A stretch of 64,000 nucleotides of DNA. Origin: Azolla caroliniana. Its lineage: Eukaryota; Plantae; Polypodiophyta. The notes under the pieces are model-generated. The model had not been told where the DNA came from, did no database searches, and saw only the letters and a program-made list of their open reading frames with translations. The position numbers and the translations under genes were made by a program. Of the stretch, positions 59,457 through 64,000 are shown in pieces. Every line of letters starts with the position of its first letter. The first letter of the stretch is position 1. Where the stretch lies: positions 20,274,001 to 20,338,000 of the forward strand of contig JBHGNT010000007.1 of the NCBI GenBank assembly GCA_043228905.1, in the 5' to 3' direction.

Positions 59457-59926
59457 GATTTTCGTGCTTGTTGGTGACAAGGAGATGGTCACATGCTCTT
59501 GCGTTGGTGATGTTATATGTGCTCTTGGGCTCTGTGTGCTCTGTGTGCTCTGTGTGCTCGATTGCGTGTGTGAGATCCTGTAAATGACGAGGTCCTCCTA
59601 TTTATAGGGCTTTAAAACCGTGGTTAAAGTAACTATAGTTAGTCTACCAAAGTTGGGTTACATGCAAGTTAGTTCCCCTACGTTAGCTAGTCGTTAGTAC
59701 AGTTTGGTTAGTACAAAGTCACGACATAGGGGATTAGCACTAAATGATTATGAACTTATGATTAAAGTGAAATAAATAAAGGAATAAATTAATATATCTC
59801 CCATATGGGGATTAGCACTTCCAAATGATTATGATCTTCATGAATGAACCAATGATTGAAGACTAGAAACAAACATATTTATGACTCTCTAATGATTGTG
59901 AATATATACTATATGCATAGATTGAC

Positions 59927-60975
59927 ATTCAATTGGACAATACTGCTAGAGAGAACAAAATTTCAACTGTGTTTGGCTATCTAAGTATGTTGGTCAACTA
60001 AGGATTGTTTAGAAAAGTGAAAGTCAATTTTCTTTTGGTTGGCCACACATGATTATATAGATTAGATGTTTAGCACATTCTCTAGACAGTTGTCTTGGCA
60101 TGATGCGTTCACATTACTTGAACTATTTTATGTCATTTGTGATGCCTACACACCACGCCCAAAAGTGTTACATTTGAAGGAGATATATGACTTTAAGAGA
60201 TATATATCAGATGGGGGTGTTGGGAATGTTAAAGTGCTCGCCCAGTTAAACAATATAAGCTTCAATCACATTTTTATGATAAAGAAAAATGAAATAAGTG
60301 GTTCTATGCTTTTGTATGACAAGCAATATTCATCTTCTACAAAATGGGAACCTGAAGGTAGTTGTTAGTTCTTACTTTGTATGCCGAGTACAATGGTCTA
60401 TGGAGCTAAACAAATGCCAATTGATAAGAAAGGACAATTGCATAGTGGCTTGGTAGAAGAACAAAAACACTTATGGCTCCAAGCCTTAACAGAAAAAAGG
60501 AAGCATATTGAAGCCGCAAAGAAATATGCCGCACAACAAGACACATCATGGTGGGATGTTGTTTTTAGTGATCAAATTGAAAGGAATTATTGACAATTGT
60601 GTATCGGGTGATAATTGGACTTTGGAAATGTCATTCACATAGTCGCTACAACATGATCGTGTAAATAAAACTCTGGAGCAACCAACTAATGCGATTAATG
60701 ATTGTTTGGTCCATCCACAACAAAGAGACATTTATGTGGGACGAAGGATGACCAAAGCAACTGAAGCTAGATGGCAAGGCAATTTGCAAGAGCTCGCGGT
60801 GGGGATGTTGATTGCAACATCTGTTGATGACAACTCACAAGGCCACCAATTTTGGATTGGTAAAATTCTAGAATTGCTAATGCATGAAATAGAAAACATG
60901 ATCAAGTCTATAAAAGTGCATTGGTACAACACTAGAAGTGAAAATGCTTTTACGGGTAAGTATACATTGGAGAGG
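59927..60975 (+). pseudogene. Sola-like (DUF7869-type) DDD transposase C-terminal half
   Basis: IQLDNTARENK..VFGYLSMLV*GLFRKVKVNFLLVGHTHDYID*MFSTFSR.L...DAFTL, then a C-terminal FWIGKI...IKVHWY module. Stops and frameshifts present. N-terminus not seen. Confidence 0.7.
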
Positions 60976-62008
60976 TTCCTTATCATATTCTTCCTCTAAC
61001 ATATTACAACAAGTGATATCAGAGTGATCTTGTTGTCCAATGATGACAAATAGCAAAAAAGTTAAGAAGAGAAGTTATCCAACTAAAAGAAAAAGACAAG
61101 GTCAACAACATCTACTTCCAGTAAAAGAATGGCGACACAGTCCGACACGAGTGTGGAAATCAGGAAGTTCAACGGGAAGAACTTCGCCCTCTGGAAGGAC
61201 ATGATGCAAGATGTCCTCATCATTCGACAACAGATTGAAGACATACGACACACCACCACGCCGGCTTCAATGTTTGCAGAAGAATGGAGATCTATGATCT
61301 AAATAGTTAAATCGATCATTCGAATGCACCTAGCCAAAAACATCTATTTCAACATGGTAAAGGAGACGATTGCGTTCTCTTTGTGGGAGAAACTACATGC
61401 GGTGTACGAAAAGAAATCCTCCTCATCAAAGTTGATATTGATTCGATAGTTATTCAACATGAAGATAAGAGAGACACATCCAACAACCTCCCACATTAAC
61501 ACCTTCAGTCGGGTGTTATCTAAACTCTCGTCCCAAGGGATTAACTTCGAAGAAGAAGTTAAAGCCCTTGCCCTCCTTTCGAGCTTGTCGACGAGTCGGG
61601 AGGTATTCTGTATGACTTTTGCCAACAACTGTCTAATTCTAAATCTAGATGAGACGATCGGACAAGTCCTCACCGAGAACATTTGGCGAAAATTGATGGG
61701 ACTCACCATCGATGAGTTGGTAGAAGCCCACCATTCGACCAAGTTGATCGAACGATCTAGTCGATTGAGAGAACAAGTCGAAACACTAGTCGACCAAGAA
61801 AGTGTTGGATAACATGTCCCTTCGGATGGGAAGTGGACCTCGAATCGAGGAAAAGGGGAGAACCGATTCCCATGGAGCCGATGAGTATGGCCGAGGCCGA
61901 AAATGGAAATGGAAATCGAAAACCAAAAATCGAAGGATCGATTTTATGACCGATTCGGGAAACTATATTTGTAAATAGTCTAAATGTGCCCCTTGAGAAC
62001 TATGTATG
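60976..62008 (+). mobile_element. Degenerate Copia 5' fragment (LTR end, PBS remnant, gag)
   Basis: ...ACAACA-AG-TGATATCAGAG at ~61005-61024. Gag IRKFNGKNFALWKDMMQDVL...LWEKLHAVYEKK (61129-61810). Confidence 0.65.
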
Positions 62009-64000
62009 TGTTGAGATATTAAGCTCAACTAGATTTAATTAGTTAGTCAACACATGTAACTTAGTAGTTACCTAAATAGAATCTAGTTAGTGTGTTGACT
62101 TAAAGCCTTAAATAGGATTTTGTACTTGAGTGGGATACATTGTAGATCCTCCACTCCCATGTTCATTTAATATAGGACTTACACCATTGTACCTATATTC
62201 TACTCACACATGTGCACATTTGCACATAAGATGTATATATACCTCATTGTGGGTATTTTTGTATTAGATGATGCTTTTAATATAGTTAATCATCCCTCAT
62301 CTTGTCTCCTTGTTCATAAGTGTTCTTTCTCTCTTCTTCTCACACTCTCACATACATACACACATCACATAGTCTTTCGCTACTTAATCACATAATTAGG
62401 TACTAATTAACCCATAATTAATTACCTAATTCTTAACATGGTATCAAAGCATGTGGTTTAGCACATCCACTAATCCCACCCGACTCTTCGTGATTGTGTG
62501 TTCAAAATGCCGACAAAATTCCGGTTATCCGCTACCGTAGTGCCGCTACGTAGGACATGTACGTGACCAAAGGAAGAAAAGCGAAAAAGGAAGACACTAC
62601 ATCAAAATGAACACAAAAATGGGTAGCTCACTCCTTAGTGAAAAGCTAGACCAGAGCAATTATTCATCTTGGGAGTACAAGATGAACCAATACCTTGTCG
62701 GCCAAAGGTATTGGAGCTACATCAACGACGCACAAGAAAATCGACCCAACCCAAAGAACGCCAACTACTCAACATGGGAGCAAGCGGTGTGTCGAGTCAT
62801 GTATTGCTTGGCAACATCTGTCCACGATCACATGCTTAGCCGCATTCGAGATGCCAAGACGCCTAAAGAGGCATGGGAGAATCTCAAGAAGATTTTCGCC
62901 ACCAATACGACGGCACGCAAGCTTCAACTCCATCAAGAGTTGAACAACATCAGACAAAAAGACATGTTTGTGTCAGACTACACCACCAAGATTAAGAGCA
63001 TTTGCGACTCACTTGGCTCCATCAACATAAATGTCGACGAAGACGAGATGGTTCAAGTATGCGTGGGCGGCCTTGCACAATGATTCGATTTGTTGAGGAC
63101 AGCAATCTTGGCAAGGGAAACCCCTCCTTCGTTCTTCAACCTTCAATCAATGCTATTGGTCAAAGAGAACCACATCCGAACCAAAAGCAAGACATTGGTA
63201 GGACAAATGTTCTTCGGCCGAGGACGAGGTCGAGGCGGTAGAAGAGGTCGATTCGACCCATCACACGAAGGGAACTCAAACCTTCAACAACAAGACAGAA
63301 GCCATCGACGAACCTTCGGAAGAAAGGGGAACTTCCATACCAAACAAGGGACTCAGCAAACGTCGCCCGTCACTTGCAATTATTGCGGCAAAATCGGTCA
63401 CCGCAAAGAGGAGTGTCAGAAAAAGAGAAGTAAGTCGGCTTCGACAAGCCGACAACTCACAAATTACGCCACCTTCTCCGAGTACGATGACTATGGTGGA
63501 CTATTCGTAATGAGACATAGACCGAACTCTATGTCGGTCTCCGACTCCACGAGCACCTCCAACTCGGAAGACGTGTGGCTCATCGACTCCGGCACTTCAC
63601 ACCATATGACATCACACCAAGAGTGGTTTCGTGACTTAAAATAAGAACGTCGGATAAACCCAGCTTCATAGAGACGGGAGACGACACCACACATCTCATT
63701 CGGCACATCGGCAATGTCCCATTCAGGAAAGAAGGCGAGTAAACTTGCATCAAGAATGTCTTGCACATGCCCACAATAATGAAGAATTTGGTCTCAGTCG
63801 TCAAATCGTGGAGCTAAGCAAGAGAATTGGCCACATCAACCTCCAACGGCTCCGAGCTAAGCAATCAAAGGGAGTCATCATCAAACTTTCAGCCTTTGAT
63901 TCGAAACGAGTCGACCGAGTGTGCGAAGCATTGCAACTTCCGAAGGAGAGCTACGCAAGCAAAGGCCTCATCGACATCATACACTCGGATGTATAGGGAC
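62009..64000 (+). mobile_element. Ty1/Copia (same family as 17519-21519), 5' LTR 62009-62438, degenerate gag-PR-INT, runs off the window
   Basis: TGTTGAGATA...TTAACA, PBS TGGTATCAAAGC, gag 62607-63644 with a stop, CNYCGKIGHRKEEC, WLIDSGTSHHMT, DIIHSDV. Confidence 0.9.

Overview
Eukaryotic, repeat-dense plant DNA, most likely from a fern or other non-seed plant (PLS/E-class PPR fragment, non-angiosperm-like Gypsy lineages). It contains no intact host gene. Almost all of the window is a nested stack of transposons. The backbone is a degenerate ~40-kb minus-strand Ty3/Gypsy element (~16995-56816) with a tRNA-Trp PBS. It hosts a Copia, an Athila-like Gypsy with an extra 3' ORF (itself holding two nested Gag-only elements), a non-autonomous hAT element carrying a captured PPR fragment, and an intact chromovirus. 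Four signals stand out. (1) All seven readable insertion junctions of the tRNA-Trp-primed family sit at a 4-bp CpG-centred palindrome (ACGT or GCGC), unlike the 5-bp TSDs of every other complete LTR element here. (2) That family has recently active Gag-only members whose protein ends in a basic tandem-repeat region and a conserved Trp-rich motif. (3) Four LTR types of this family carry an antisense tRNA-like A-box/B-box cassette. (4) A spliced, decayed gene with a ParB/Srx-like domain lies head-to-head with a Sola-like DDD transposase remnant (56817-60975). Domain names come from motif recognition by eye, not database searches.
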